Assembly: GCA_965214095.1 (NCBI GenBank) | Contig: OZ243938.1 | Span: forward strand, 3,104,001 to 3,168,000 | Length of the DNA stretch: 64,000 bases | Source of the DNA: Candidatus Poribacteria bacterium | GTDB lineage: Bacteria > Poribacteria > WGA-4E > WGA-3G | Reading direction: 5' to 3' | Shown: positions 1 through 11,543 of the stretch, piece after piece | How the letters are laid out: every line of letters starts with the position of its first letter | Numbering within the stretch: the first letter of the stretch is position 1 | Notes under the pieces: generated by a model | Told to the model about the DNA's origin: nothing | Databases searched by the model: none | What the model saw: only the letters and a program-made list of their open reading frames with translations | Made by a program: the position numbers and the translations under genes

Positions 1-1160
1 TTTGGTGTCGTTTGTAACGGGATTTGCTCTACGATTTCCAATCCATAACCGGACAATCCTTTGACTTTGTGCGGGTTGTTTGTCATCAATCGCATTTTTT
101 GGACACCTAAATCAACAAGAATCTGTGCACCTATACCGTAGTCACGTAGGTCGGGTGGAAATCCGAGACGTTCATTTGCTTCAACCGTGTCAAGACCTTC
201 ATTATCCTGAAGTTGATATGCACGAATCTTGTCTTTGAGACCCATGCCACGACCTTCTTGCCGCATATAGAGTAGCACGCCTCTCCCCTCTTTCTCAATG
301 TTTTGCAGTGCGATTTCAAGTTGTTCTCCACAATCACAACGGAGTGAACCGAAGACATCGCCTGTCAAGCACTGCGAATGCACTCGGACTAATATCGGGT
401 CGCCATCGTCAACTTGTCCTTTCGTTAATGCAATATGCGTATCAGTGGGTTCACCTGGTGTTGGTTCTCCATCTACATTGCTCTCATAAGCGTGGAGTTT
501 AAATTCTCCTTGTTCGGTTGGGATGGCTGCGGTTGAAACACGTTTAATAAGTGTTTCAGTGCTTCTACGGTAAGCGATCAAGTCAGAAATAGTGATGATT
601 TTGAGGTCGTGGTGTTGTGCGAATTCTAATAGTTCGGGAACACGCGCCATAGTGCCATCATCGTTAAGAACTTCACATAGCACGCCTGCGGGATACAGTC
701 CTGCGAGTTGTGCTAAGTCTACTGTCGCTTCAGTGTGTCCTGCTCTTCGCAGCACGCCTCCCGGTTTTGCTTCTAAAGGAAAGATATGTCCTGGTCTCAC
801 AAAATCGGATGGTACAGCATTTTCATCAACAAATTTCCGTATAGTATATGCGCGTTCTTGTGCTGAAATGCCAGTGGTAACTTCTTTGGCATCAATTGTC
901 ACCGTAAATGCTGTCTGCATCTGTGCAGTGTTGTCAGCGACCATCGGATTTAGTTGTAGTTCTACAAGGCGTTCTGAACAAGTAGGCAGGCAAATCAATC
1001 CTCGTCCGAACTTTGCCATAAAATTGATGGACTCTGCTGTCACCTTTTCTGCCGCCATAATGAGATCCCCTTCGTTTTCACGATCAGGGTCATCAACAAC
1101 TATGATTGTCTCACCTTCTTTGATGGCAGAGATAGCTTCAGGAATAGTGCTAAATTCCAT
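1..1160 (-). CDS. ribBA: Bifunctional DHBP synthase / GTP cyclohydrolase II (3' end runs off the window)
   Basis: Not in the ORF track because it is truncated. Manual translation from ATG 1160 gives [38 protein letters not shown] and later [25 protein letters not shown]. It follows ribE. Confidence 0.96.
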   Translation of the reverse strand, partial: MEFSTIPEAISAIKEGETIIVVDDPDRENEGDLIMAAEKVTAESINFMAKFGRGLICLPTCSERLVELQLNPMVADNTAQMQTAFTVTIDAKEVTTGISAQERAYTIRKFVDENAVPSDFVRPGHIFPLEAKPGGVLRRAGHTEATVDLAQLAGLYPAGVLCEVLNDDGTMARVPELLEFAQHHDLKIITISDLIAYRRSTETLIKRVSTAAIPTEQGEFKLHAYESNVDGEPTPGEPTDTHIALTKGQVDDGDPILVRVHSQCLTGDVFGSLRCDCGEQLEIALQNIEKEGRGVLLYMRQEGRGMGLKDKIRAYQLQDNEGLDTVEANERLGFPPDLRDYGIGAQILVDLGVQKMRLMTNNPHKVKGLSGYGLEIVEQIPLQTTP

Positions 1161-1183
1161 AATGTTTTCTTCGTTTATATCCT

Positions 1184-1828
1184 TCAAACATACCCGTGTT
1201 TTTGTAAGAATTCTAAATCAATTGTTCGCGATGGTGGTATCTGGTTCTGCATGAGCGTTTCAATGTAACGTGCCATCACATCAACTTCAATGTTCACGAT
1301 TTCCCCGATCTGTTTTTTACCCAGAGTGGTAACATCTAAAGTATGCGGAATAAGAGCTACCTCAAAGGTATCATCATAAATGTTGGCAATCGTTAAACTC
1401 ACACCATCAACAGCAATCGAGCCTTTATATGCAATGTAAGGTTTCACTTTTGGGTTAACTGCAACCTGCATGCATGAAGAAGAACCCTCATTTTTCCAAC
1501 CACTGATTGTAGCGACTTCATCTACATGGCCTAACACCAAATGCCCTCCGATACGATCACCTAATCGGAGCGAACGCTCCAGATTGACATGTGTGCCTAC
1601 TTTACAATTGCGTAAGGTAGTTCTGCGACAAGTTTCTTCACTGATATCCGCTACAAATGTGTTTTGTTCAAGATCACGTACTGTCAAACAAGGACCACTG
1701 ACAGCAATACTATCTCCTATTTGAATGTCCTCTAATACAGTTGCTGCACCTATCTTAACAGTAATCCCGTTGGAGATTGGTTGTACTTCGGTAATTGTTC
1801 CAATTTCTTCAATGATTCCGGTGAACAT
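1184..1828 (-). CDS. ribE: Riboflavin synthase (alpha chain)
   Basis: Begins with the diagnostic MFTGIIEE at ATG 1828, and contains [17 protein letters not shown] and [12 protein letters not shown]. Confidence 0.96.
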   Translation of the reverse strand: MFTGIIEEIGTITEVQPISNGITVKIGAATVLEDIQIGDSIAVSGPCLTVRDLEQNTFVADISEETCRRTTLRNCKVGTHVNLERSLRLGDRIGGHLVLGHVDEVATISGWKNEGSSSCMQVAVNPKVKPYIAYKGSIAVDGVSLTIANIYDDTFEVALIPHTLDVTTLGKKQIGEIVNIEVDVMARYIETLMQNQIPPSRTIDLEFLQKHGYV

Positions 1829-2930
1829 GATTATTGAGATACCCCTCAATCAATATGTCGCCATCAAGTTCAGTGATCGTCCTTCGTTTTAATTCCGCTG
1901 CATCAGTTAGTTGTGCAATACCTTCGCCACCAAATACACCGGGGGCATCTTTACCACCAATAAATTTTGGAGCTACAAAACACATCACTTTATCTACTAA
2001 ACCAGACAATAATGCAGTTGAGTTGACTTGACCACCGCCTTCTATCAAAACGTTTGTAATGCCGCGTGCTCCTAACGTTTCCAACAATGTTTTGAGACAG
2101 ACCTGTCCATCTTTTGCGGGGATTTCAATTATTTCTGCCCCCGTTATCTTCAGAAGTGCTATATTTCCCGCGAATGCTTGCGGCGTAACAGCAATAATGA
2201 CATCCGCTTCGCTTTCAGGGTTGAATATCTTCGCTGCTGTCGGAGTTCGTGCGTGCGAATCTAAAACAATTCGTGTAGCGTCTTTCCCTTTCTTGTTCGG
2301 TAGTCTTGTCGTTAAAGTCGGATTATCAGTCAACACGGTTCCAATACCAACGATGATTGCGTCTACTTCATCGCGTAACTCATGCACTCTTTGCCTTGAT
2401 GCGGATGATGTAATCCATTGCGATTCACCCGTGGAGGTAGCGATTTTTCCATCAAGACTCATCGCAATTTTTAATATCACAAACGGATAATCTGTTGTCA
2501 TCTGTTTGATAAATACCTCGTTCAGTTTTTCCGCAGCTTCAGCACATAATCCGACGTTGACTTCAATACCAGCTTCTTCTAACTGCTTAATACCTTTTCC
2601 AGAGACTATCGGATTCGGGTCTAAATGTGCTGCGTAGACACACCTAATTTCCGCTTGAATGATTGCATCGGTGCAAGGTGGTGTTCGTCCCGAGTGACAG
2701 CATGGTTCAAGGTTTACATAAAGTGTTCCACCTTTCGCATTCGTTCCTGCTGCCTGAAGTGCATGAATCTCCGCGTGTGGTTCACCTGCTTTCTGATGAT
2801 ACCCTTCACCGACAATTTTTCCAGCATTAACAATCACTGCACCAACAAGGGGATTCGGACTAGTACGTCCCTTACCTTGCTGTGCCAAAGCCAATGCACG
2901 GTTCATAAACGCTGAATGCGTCTTGTTCAT
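1809..2930 (-). CDS. ribD: Diaminohydroxyphosphoribosylaminopyrimidine deaminase / reductase
   Basis: PNPLVGAV, HAE, LEPCCH...PPC zinc motifs, SLDGKIA and IEGGG. Confidence 0.97.
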   Translation of the reverse strand: MNKTHSAFMNRALALAQQGKGRTSPNPLVGAVIVNAGKIVGEGYHQKAGEPHAEIHALQAAGTNAKGGTLYVNLEPCCHSGRTPPCTDAIIQAEIRCVYAAHLDPNPIVSGKGIKQLEEAGIEVNVGLCAEAAEKLNEVFIKQMTTDYPFVILKIAMSLDGKIATSTGESQWITSSASRQRVHELRDEVDAIIVGIGTVLTDNPTLTTRLPNKKGKDATRIVLDSHARTPTAAKIFNPESEADVIIAVTPQAFAGNIALLKITGAEIIEIPAKDGQVCLKTLLETLGARGITNVLIEGGGQVNSTALLSGLVDKVMCFVAPKFIGGKDAPGVFGGEGIAQLTDAAELKRRTITELDGDILIEGYLNNHVHRNH

Positions 2931-2964
2931 CGCAAAGTGTTACCTATAATGCTGTACCTGTAAT

Positions 2965-2973
2965 ATTATACCA
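2965..2973 (-). promoter_or_regulatory. Extended -10 promoter (TGGTATAAT) for the rib operon
   Basis: Minus-strand TGnTATAAT about 35 nt upstream of the ribD ATG. Confidence 0.45.
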
Positions 2974-2983
2974 CATCTCAATC

Positions 2984-3490
2984 TCAATTCAAAATCATTT
3001 TATTACTGTCAATTGACTTCAGACATTCAAGCACCTCAGCCTGATCTACCAAGTCAAACTGATGTGTTCCAATATACATATACTGAATGATACCGAGTTT
3101 ATCAATGATAAAGGTTGCTGGTCTGGCGATGTTGTATGCCTCAAAACTGAGCCAATGGTAGACACCATAACTCTTTATAACACTCCGATCTTTGTCAACC
3201 AATAGTGGGAACATTATTCCGTTTCGTTCAGCGAAACCGCGTAGTTCCCGTGGCCACTGTCCCGCAATAGCGATTGGTGTCCCGTTGTATTCTTTGTAAC
3301 TATCAACATGTTCTTGTACAGCAGCCAACTGGCGGCGACTGTTTGGTCACCAGGTGCCTCGGAAGAAGGTTAATACTACGTGTTGTTCGTCGCGATAAGA
3401 TGTAAGTGACACAGTTTGTCGTCGATGTGATGGCAGTGAAAATGAGGGGGCGTTATCGCCTATGTTGAGTATTTTGTTTTTACGTGGCAT
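2984..3490 (-). CDS. AhpC/TSA (peroxiredoxin-like) protein with in-frame UGA, probable selenoprotein
   Basis: ATG 3490 gives MPRKNKILNIGDNAPSFSLPS...VVLTFFRGTW-UGA(3349-3347)-PNSRRQLAAVQ. This continues in frame into the 114-aa ORF (FPLLVD, ARPATFIIDKLGII). The UGA is at the catalytic Cys position of the FxRGxWCPxC motif. Confidence 0.85.
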
Positions 3491-3646
3491 GGTGTTATTT
3501 TCGCAGAAAATTGGGGTTCTGTCAAGGGTGAAACAGAAAAACCAGGGTTATTTAGTTTTAAGGATTCGCAATTATTAAGGTTAACTTACTGTTAAGTCCC
3601 TTCAACGGTCTGGTCTCATCACTGAATTTATTGGATATATTGATTC

Positions 3647-3809
3647 TTGTCTGAACCAGGATTTTCAGGATGGACAGATTTACAAGATAAGAGTCTGAAA
3701 CATCAAAGTGCTATCCAGATAATAAACGTCAAACTAGGAATAGGAACTTTGGACAGCCAAACTCATAATCCTGAAAATCTACTAATCCTGAAAATCTTGG
3801 TTCAGACAA
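3647..3809. repeat. MITE-like element with imperfect ~40-bp terminal inverted repeats
   Basis: TTGTCTGAACCAGGATTTTCAGGAT (3647) pairs with ATCCTGAAAATCTTGGTTCAGACAA (ending 3809). The right arm has a duplicated AATCCTGAAAATCT unit. Confidence 0.7.
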
Positions 3810-3867
3810 CGAGGACAATGAATTACGCGGCTAGATACACGTTTTGTAAATCTGGGTTGCAACAACC

Positions 3868-4992
3868 TCACATCAACTCCACAAACACTTCATTCGCCAA
3901 AAAAAGGCCGTGCTGCGTAAGGTGAAGATGTGTCCCGGTTTGCTCTAACAACCCTAAATCCATCCACTTCTCTATACTCTTACCAAACACCACGTCAATT
4001 TTCTCACCGAAACGCTGCTCATAATCCGCTAAACAGATACCCTCACGTTTTCGCAGAGCAAGCATCAGTGTCTCAGCTTTTTCTGCATGTCCAGTCATAA
4101 GTTCACTGTCTGACATCGGTTTTTTGTTATTACGGAGTGCTTCAATATAAGGTGGGATACCTTTAATGTTCGTATAGCGGGTGCCATCAACATATCCACA
4201 TGCACCAACACCTAAACCGATATATTCCTGATTATTCCAATAAACAAGATTGTGCTTCACTTCTCGGTTCGGTTTAGCATAGCTACAGATTTCATAGTGG
4301 TTATATCCATGGGAAATCAGTTCTTCAATCGTCCATTGAAACATATCCGCTTCAATGTCCTCGGAAGGAAGAACAAGTTCGCCTGATTTCCACCAATCAT
4401 AAAAAGGTGTCGTTTCTTCCATCACGAGATTATATACCGAGATATGTTCAGGTTCAAGTGAGATTGTCTCGTTTAAGGTGTGCTGCCAATCCTCCATCGT
4501 TTGTTGTGGGAGTGCGAATATCAGATCAATATTAATGTTATCAAATCCGTGTTCTCGTGAAAGATGATAACTATAATGGAATTCCTCAACGGTGTGGATT
4601 CTGCCTAACAGACGTAATATCTCATCTTGCATCGCCTGCAGACCGAAACTGAGTCTGTTAACCCCCGCTTCTTGCATCACACAGAGTTTTTCACTATCAA
4701 CGGTACCCGGATTGCATTCTACTGTGATTTCAGCATCAGGACATATCTGGAAATGTCTATGTATGTTGGTAAATAACTGTTTCAATGAATCGGCAGAAAG
4801 GATGGAAGGAGTGCCACCGCCAATAAAGACAGTTTGTAGGATAGAAGTTTCTGGTGCGTAAAGCGACATCTCCGTTTGGAGTGCGTCTAAATATGCTTTC
4901 GCTTGTTCCTTATGGAAAGAATAGGTATTGAAAGCACAATAATAGCATTTTGTCTCACAAAATGGAATGTGGATGTATAGAGAAGAAACCAT
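3868..4992 (-). CDS. hemW: Radical SAM heme chaperone HemW (HemN-like)
   Basis: LYIHIPFCETKCYYCAF (CxxxCxxC), GGGTPS and HNLVYW (HemW-type HNxxYW). Confidence 0.9.
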   Translation of the reverse strand: MVSSLYIHIPFCETKCYYCAFNTYSFHKEQAKAYLDALQTEMSLYAPETSILQTVFIGGGTPSILSADSLKQLFTNIHRHFQICPDAEITVECNPGTVDSEKLCVMQEAGVNRLSFGLQAMQDEILRLLGRIHTVEEFHYSYHLSREHGFDNINIDLIFALPQQTMEDWQHTLNETISLEPEHISVYNLVMEETTPFYDWWKSGELVLPSEDIEADMFQWTIEELISHGYNHYEICSYAKPNREVKHNLVYWNNQEYIGLGVGACGYVDGTRYTNIKGIPPYIEALRNNKKPMSDSELMTGHAEKAETLMLALRKREGICLADYEQRFGEKIDVVFGKSIEKWMDLGLLEQTGTHLHLTQHGLFLANEVFVELM

Positions 4993-6093
4993 TTAGTCAA
5001 ATTCTAATCCGACTCTGATAGCAGAACCTTCATCAGCATAGCAAAATGCTTCGTTAATATCGTCAAATCGGAATGTATCAGAGATGATTTTATGGAACGG
5101 ATATTTGTCTCGTGTGCGACTAAGAAAGTCAAGGGCACGCGGTATTACCCAAGGTTCATAGACAATCACACCACGAATTGTTTTGCTACATCTAACGATG
5201 TTCCCGGGGTCTATTTCCGTCGGAAATCCAAGATTTATGTTGCCGATCCATAGATAACGTCCACCCCACCTTAGCATTTCAACACCTTCTGCAAGAACAC
5301 GCGGAGAACCTACAAATTCTGCCACGAGGTCAGCACCGATGCCATTTGTTTGGTCAAGGACATAAGTAACACGTTCCTTGATACTAAGTTCATCAACGTT
5401 AAGGGTATAATCCGCGCCAAACTCCTGTGCAAGGGCAAGACGTGCAGGAAGCCTATCAAGCACGATTATTTTCCCGGCACCCATTTCTCTTGCGACTGCG
5501 GTGGCATATAGACCAAGTCCTCCCGCACCTTGTATAACAACTGTATCTCCAATCGTAATGCCGATCTGATTGAGTCCATAGATTACTTCAGATAAAGCAC
5601 AATTTATCGGAGACACGAGTGAATCTGACAGGTCATCAGGCACTTTAAAAACCCAATGTCCTGCTTTCATGTAGTAATATTCTCCATAAGCACCATGAAA
5701 ATGCGGTGGTTTTTCACTGGAAACACCAAGCCAATCTCTGTAACGGTTTGGACATCCAGGTTTTCCATTGAGACACACCCAACATCGTTGACACGGTTTG
5801 AAATATGAATAAACAATCCGATCCCCTTCAGCAAGTGGCTGTCCCAGACTGTCACCCTTAACACTTTGTCCCAGTGCTTCAATCGTGCCAATCATTTCAT
5901 GACCAAGTACCTGTGGAATACCACTACTTATTTTAGGTCCGTGTCCTCTCCAGAAATGGAGATCAGACCCGCAGATATTCGCCATGCGGATTCGAACGAG
6001 AATATCGTCAGAAGTCACGGATGGAATAGGGTATTCGCGAAACTCTAACGGTGCCTCTGATTGTGTAAAGATTGCTACTCTACCTGTTTTCAT
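4993..6093 (-). CDS. Zinc-binding alcohol dehydrogenase (MDR family)
   Basis: ICGSDLH, LGHE, structural zinc CxxCxxC...C, and GAGGLG Rossmann motif. Confidence 0.92.
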   Translation of the reverse strand: MKTGRVAIFTQSEAPLEFREYPIPSVTSDDILVRIRMANICGSDLHFWRGHGPKISSGIPQVLGHEMIGTIEALGQSVKGDSLGQPLAEGDRIVYSYFKPCQRCWVCLNGKPGCPNRYRDWLGVSSEKPPHFHGAYGEYYYMKAGHWVFKVPDDLSDSLVSPINCALSEVIYGLNQIGITIGDTVVIQGAGGLGLYATAVAREMGAGKIIVLDRLPARLALAQEFGADYTLNVDELSIKERVTYVLDQTNGIGADLVAEFVGSPRVLAEGVEMLRWGGRYLWIGNINLGFPTEIDPGNIVRCSKTIRGVIVYEPWVIPRALDFLSRTRDKYPFHKIISDTFRFDDINEAFCYADEGSAIRVGLEFD

Positions 6094-6153
6094 GGAAATT
6101 AAGACTCCGTCAGACTATAGCAAAATTCCCTACACTTTATGCCAAGATAGTTC

Positions 6154-6564
6154 TCAATACTCATCATAATTGACAACTTTCCATTTGCCATCTATATTCT
6201 CAGTCGTAATCACCACATTCCGAGTATGTGTTGCCTCACCACTTTGGTTCTTGATTGTCAATAGGTAGTTGAACAATACGTGTGTCACATTTTCAATTTC
6301 AGTTGATGTCTCTTTTCCAATCTGCTTATATTCCATATTTGGCATTTCTGGGGCAGGTTCATCTTGTGTCCGCACATCTTTAAGCAGTATGATTTCCTTT
6401 TCCAACTTTTCTGTGGCAAGACCTGCAGTTAACTGGAGTGCTACTTGTTGGTTTGCGAGTTTATAATAATTGAAGATAAAGTCATCTGTAACTGCTTGCG
6501 GTGTATTCCTATTTGAGCATGCGATAAATAAAAGGAGGGTTAAAATGGCATACCGAGCTTTCAT
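6154..6564 (-). CDS. Hypothetical lipoprotein (possibly NTF2-like fold)
   Basis: Lipobox-like FIAC after a hydrophobic stretch, ends DGKWKVVNY, and lies 4 nt from the upstream gene. Confidence 0.65.
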   Translation of the reverse strand: MKARYAILTLLLFIACSNRNTPQAVTDDFIFNYYKLANQQVALQLTAGLATEKLEKEIILLKDVRTQDEPAPEMPNMEYKQIGKETSTEIENVTHVLFNYLLTIKNQSGEATHTRNVVITTENIDGKWKVVNYDEY

Positions 6565-6568
6565 TGGA

Positions 6569-7924
6569 TCATTTTTCTCTTTTGCGGATCAACGCTACAT
6601 TGAAAATTGGACGTTCATAGTCGTGTGCAGGTTTGTTGACGATATCTCCCAAAGCCCACAATGCTGAGGAACTGCCACCATCAAAGTTAATCGCATGCTT
6701 TACACCAATATCTTTAAAAAAGGTTGCCATATCATAAAGTGTCATTCCCATGCTATGTCCAGCTCGTCTGCCATCAACAACAATTAGGAAGAGTTTTTCG
6801 TCATTAAATCCTAAAGCACTTCGTGGGTGTCGACTTGCACCATTGTTATGTCTATACGCACTTCCACCTCTGGTACGTGCAAACTCGGCTAACTCAGGTT
6901 CTACGACACCGTTTCGTAATAACCTTAGATTGCCACCAATTCCGTTCTGAACTGTCTGCCATTTATTAGGTGTGAGTGCAATTTCCAGAGAACCCTTGGA
7001 ATCCTTGGTAATTCTCTTATACCAACGGCTACCTAAACGTGGTTCTATTGCAAGAACAAGACCGTCAGTCGGAATTATACTGTTACCACGCGGATTAACT
7101 GCTGTCACGACAAATTGGCTGTTATATTTTCCGGTGATAGGAAGTGTCAACTTCTTGAGGACGAATTCGTAACATCTCCGGGTTAGTGTAGATCTACCGA
7201 AGCGAGAGGTATAAAGCACTACTGGACTATATGAATTACAGATTTGGTTAACTGCGTCAATCGTGAGTGTAGAGTTGTCAATACGGATTTTACCATTTAA
7301 GTTAACCGCGTCTAATAAGAATTCTCCATCAGGGGTGACACCAAAACTTGTTTCACCCCACGGTGTTGGTGGAGAATATCCCCACATATCCAGCAATATC
7401 GGAACGCTAACGAGTTCACCGTCTTGGATATGAAGGTTGAAAATCATTCCGCCACGACCATATCCGTCACCACGAATTCCGAAACTCCCATTAACTCCTG
7501 CTAAAGACATTATACCCTTTTTCCTAAGCCGCCGTGTTGCTCCTGAGACAGTCTCACGTCCTATAATTTGAGCGTTTGCAAGTTCCACATCAAATGAAAG
7601 GTTGTCGTTAACACGATCCATCTCTGCAACGTAAACAGTTGCATTACCAGACCAGAAATAACGGTTTAGTCGAAAACCTTCAGGCGAACTTTTTCTTTCC
7701 AGCGTATCCTTGCGACGAATAGATCGCGCCAGTTTTTCTTTTGATCTGACCGTGATAGGTTTAGGATTTGTATCCTTGGCAACATATTTAGTTATAGTTG
7801 GTTGTGATGTATTATCATCATCAAAGGCGCGCATCACATTGATTACAGTTATAAAAAGTAGGAGCAATATACATATTGCAATCAACTTGTGCAATAGGTT
7901 TCGGGGCTTCTTTTCTGTGTTCAT
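6569..7924 (-). CDS. Phosphodiester glycosidase (NAGPA/DUF2233) family exported protein
   Basis: N-terminal TM segment, GVNGSF, HPRSALG, IVVDGR and AINFDGGSSS motifs. Confidence 0.88.
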   Translation of the reverse strand: MNTEKKPRNLLHKLIAICILLLLFITVINVMRAFDDDNTSQPTITKYVAKDTNPKPITVRSKEKLARSIRRKDTLERKSSPEGFRLNRYFWSGNATVYVAEMDRVNDNLSFDVELANAQIIGRETVSGATRRLRKKGIMSLAGVNGSFGIRGDGYGRGGMIFNLHIQDGELVSVPILLDMWGYSPPTPWGETSFGVTPDGEFLLDAVNLNGKIRIDNSTLTIDAVNQICNSYSPVVLYTSRFGRSTLTRRCYEFVLKKLTLPITGKYNSQFVVTAVNPRGNSIIPTDGLVLAIEPRLGSRWYKRITKDSKGSLEIALTPNKWQTVQNGIGGNLRLLRNGVVEPELAEFARTRGGSAYRHNNGASRHPRSALGFNDEKLFLIVVDGRRAGHSMGMTLYDMATFFKDIGVKHAINFDGGSSSALWALGDIVNKPAHDYERPIFNVALIRKREK

Positions 7925-8008
7925 TATTTCACCACTATTTATTATGGAAGTATTGTGTCTTTTTTGCTAAAGATGCTTACAAGTAAGATTCCAATAGATC
8001 AACAGGAA

Positions 8009-8296
8009 TCAATTGGATTGGGTAGGTTTGATTATTCTGAATTGCACCTCTCCAGGTTTAACATAACCGAACTTTTTTCTGATAAGACGTTCCTTGGTTA
8101 AGGTGTCATTTTTTAGCATTTCAACACGTTTCTTAAGGTTATCCCGTTTGTTCTCAAGCCACTGTAATTCTTCCTGATACTCTTTCTCCACCCGTTGTGC
8201 TTCTTGCCAGTCGTTATACCCATTCCTGAATTGCCTGACACTGATTACCAGCAATGCTAATGCAATGATAAATAAAATTACACGAAATATATGCAT
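8009..8296 (-). CDS. ftsB: Septum formation initiator, FtsB/DivIC family
   Basis: TM segment, coiled coil and ERLIRKKFGYVKPGE motif. Conserved position directly downstream of eno. Confidence 0.8.
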   Translation of the reverse strand: MHIFRVILFIIALALLVISVRQFRNGYNDWQEAQRVEKEYQEELQWLENKRDNLKKRVEMLKNDTLTKERLIRKKFGYVKPGEVQFRIIKPTQSN

Positions 8297-8318
8297 GTGT
8301 GACCTACATATAGACTAC

Positions 8319-8342
8319 TTGGGACAGACTTAACTGTCCCAA
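8319..8342 (-). terminator. Stem-loop between eno and ftsB
   Basis: TTGGGACAG-ACTTAA-CTGTCCCAA inverted repeat just after the eno stop. Confidence 0.5.
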
Positions 8343-8355
8343 AATAACGAGTAAC

Positions 8356-9678
<1,323 letters not shown>

Positions 9679-9978
9679 TTATAGTTTTAAAGAAACCTTC
9701 ACTATCAGTGTAGCATATCACCGCTCATTTCTCAAGTCAAAATAAAAGGCAGATACCATACCGATACCTACCTATCCGTTTTGTGTTATTGACTACTTAC
9801 TGTCCGACTGCTTCAGTGTCCTTCCAGCCTTGTGTAATCTCAAAATCCCAGTGCAATCTTTCCGTATATATATGAGGATGTGCATAAATGATCGGTGGAT
9901 CAACATAGATGGTGGCACATGTCACAAACTTCTTCATGTGGATGGACACCATTCTTAGTGCAAAAAGGACAAGATTTT

Positions 9979-10061
9979 GTAGGTCGGGTAGAGCTTGCGA
10001 AACCCGACATGCAAGACTGGATACGATTGTGTCTGGTTTCACTGCGTTCTACCCGACCTAC
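9979..10061. repeat. GTAG-family REP doublet in inverted orientation (REPIN/BIME-like)
   Basis: GTAGGTCGGGTAGA (9979-9992) and its reverse complement TCTACCCGACCTAC (10048-10061), with internal hairpin GTCGGGT...ACCCGAC. Confidence 0.75.
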
Positions 10062-10131
10062 GACATAAGCTTAGAATCAAATTTATTTATGCACACCCCT
10101 CAATTAAATACAAAATTGTATCAAGAAAAAA

Positions 10132-10737
10132 TCAATCTTCTACAGATATTGAAAATATGGCATTTTCTGGTGGATTCATTTGACTTAATAAATTTCTAAA
10201 TTCCTGTGCCACCTTTCTGTGTTTAGGATTATCACTATTTTCAAGTTTAGAAATATAGTTTTGTAATTCCTCAATAGATTTAGTTTCAAATGTAGCATTA
10301 CCCTTCTTTGGCTTTAAATCATCAAAGGCAGTAATTCTCTCTCCTTTGTTAACCCCAACATGCTCAATGATTTTTAACGATCCATTTTCGACAAGCTCCT
10401 CTATGGTAGGTATGATAGGATTATCTAAAGACTCTTTTATACTCACTTGTGATTTAGATAAGTCCTCATTTGATTTTGGATCAACATCATCTGATCGCTC
10501 ATGGCTTTCTGATGCCAAATTTTGTTGGTTACTACGCTGCTGTTGTCGCTGTTTTGCATTTTTTATATTTTGTTCCACAATTTTCATTTCTGATTCAGTT
10601 GGAGCTCTATACACTTTTTTAGGCGTACTTAATTCTTGTTGCTGAGATATATTGTAAGCATATAGACCTAAAAAAACTATCGCAATTAACAACAAAAATA
10701 TAATGGCAGTTGTTTTTATAAACTTTTGATTTAACAT
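10132..10737 (-). CDS. Hypothetical membrane-anchored protein, AT-rich
   Basis: 201-aa ORF with GGAGG RBS, N-terminal TM segment and Gln-rich linker. No recognisable family. Confidence 0.7.
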   Translation of the reverse strand: MLNQKFIKTTAIIFLLLIAIVFLGLYAYNISQQQELSTPKKVYRAPTESEMKIVEQNIKNAKQRQQQRSNQQNLASESHERSDDVDPKSNEDLSKSQVSIKESLDNPIIPTIEELVENGSLKIIEHVGVNKGERITAFDDLKPKKGNATFETKSIEELQNYISKLENSDNPKHRKVAQEFRNLLSQMNPPENAIFSISVED

Positions 10738-10811
10738 GATTTATTCGCCTCCACGGTTATTGTTTATAGATAAAATCAATCTATATGGTAGCCTACCTCA
10801 CATCTACAACA

Positions 10812-11507
10812 CTACTCTTCTATAACGACATCGGCAAGCAGATATGCCGAAGCTAAAAAGACTAGACTTGAACCGATCAACAATCCTAACCAGAATCTGT
10901 TATCCAAACCACCAGTTACCAGAATAGAGACGGTGCATTTTGTGCCACCCATAATTATTGGAATAACAAGTGGCAGAAGTATAACAGATAATAGACTTTC
11001 ACCACCATCTGTGCTTGTAGACATCCCCGCTAACAGTACACCGACAGCACAAAAACCGAGTGTGCCAATACTCATCACACCAAATAATCTTAGCAGGACG
11101 ACTACTGTAATTTCATCAAACAAATCAAAAAATTGAAGGGCAATGGGAGTAATGACTATTTCCAGCAGTAGTAGGAAAACGAGATTACTAATGACTTTGG
11201 AAAGATATACGTTGCTTGCATCAACACCCGTGAGACGTATGCCGTGCAATGCACCGTGGGTTCGTTCAATGACAAAAGAACGATTCAAGGAGATTATACC
11301 GGAGAAGACAAAGGCTGCCCATAGGACACTTGCGGTTAATTTTCCGCGTTCACTCTTTTCTAATGGGAAATTCGGTCCAAATGCAAACGCAAAAATAAGC
11401 ACTACGAGGATGCTAAAAACAAATATTAGTGCCAACGTTTCTTTGGAACGGAATTGTAGTCCAATGTCTTTGCGTATTAACGTGGCAATCTGACGAAGTG
11501 CCTTCAT
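10812..11507 (-). CDS. ccmB: Heme exporter permease CcmB
   Basis: Six-TM protein with LNRSFVIER, YLSK and LLSVILLPLVIPII. Follows ccmA. Confidence 0.9.
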   Translation of the reverse strand: MKALRQIATLIRKDIGLQFRSKETLALIFVFSILVVLIFAFAFGPNFPLEKSERGKLTASVLWAAFVFSGIISLNRSFVIERTHGALHGIRLTGVDASNVYLSKVISNLVFLLLLEIVITPIALQFFDLFDEITVVVLLRLFGVMSIGTLGFCAVGVLLAGMSTSTDGGESLLSVILLPLVIPIIMGGTKCTVSILVTGGLDNRFWLGLLIGSSLVFLASAYLLADVVIEE

Positions 11508-11543
11508 GTTTGTCTCAATTGTAAGAACGACATATCACTGTAT

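Noticed and set aside
592-1254. 220-aa plus-strand ORF, and the many similar antisense ORFs in the track
   Set aside because: These are shadow frames opposite well-supported genes, here ribBA.
2931-2983. FMN riboswitch ahead of ribD
   Set aside because: Only 53 nt of intergenic space, and no AGGGCGGGGTGAAATTCCC-type motif.
3647-3925. 92-aa ORF MSEPGFSGW...
   Set aside because: It is a translation of the inverted-repeat element and overlaps hemW on the antisense strand.
9797-9937. 46-codon ORF MKKFVTCATIYVDPP...
   Set aside because: No clear RBS or recognisable family. It may be a gene fragment but cannot be supported.
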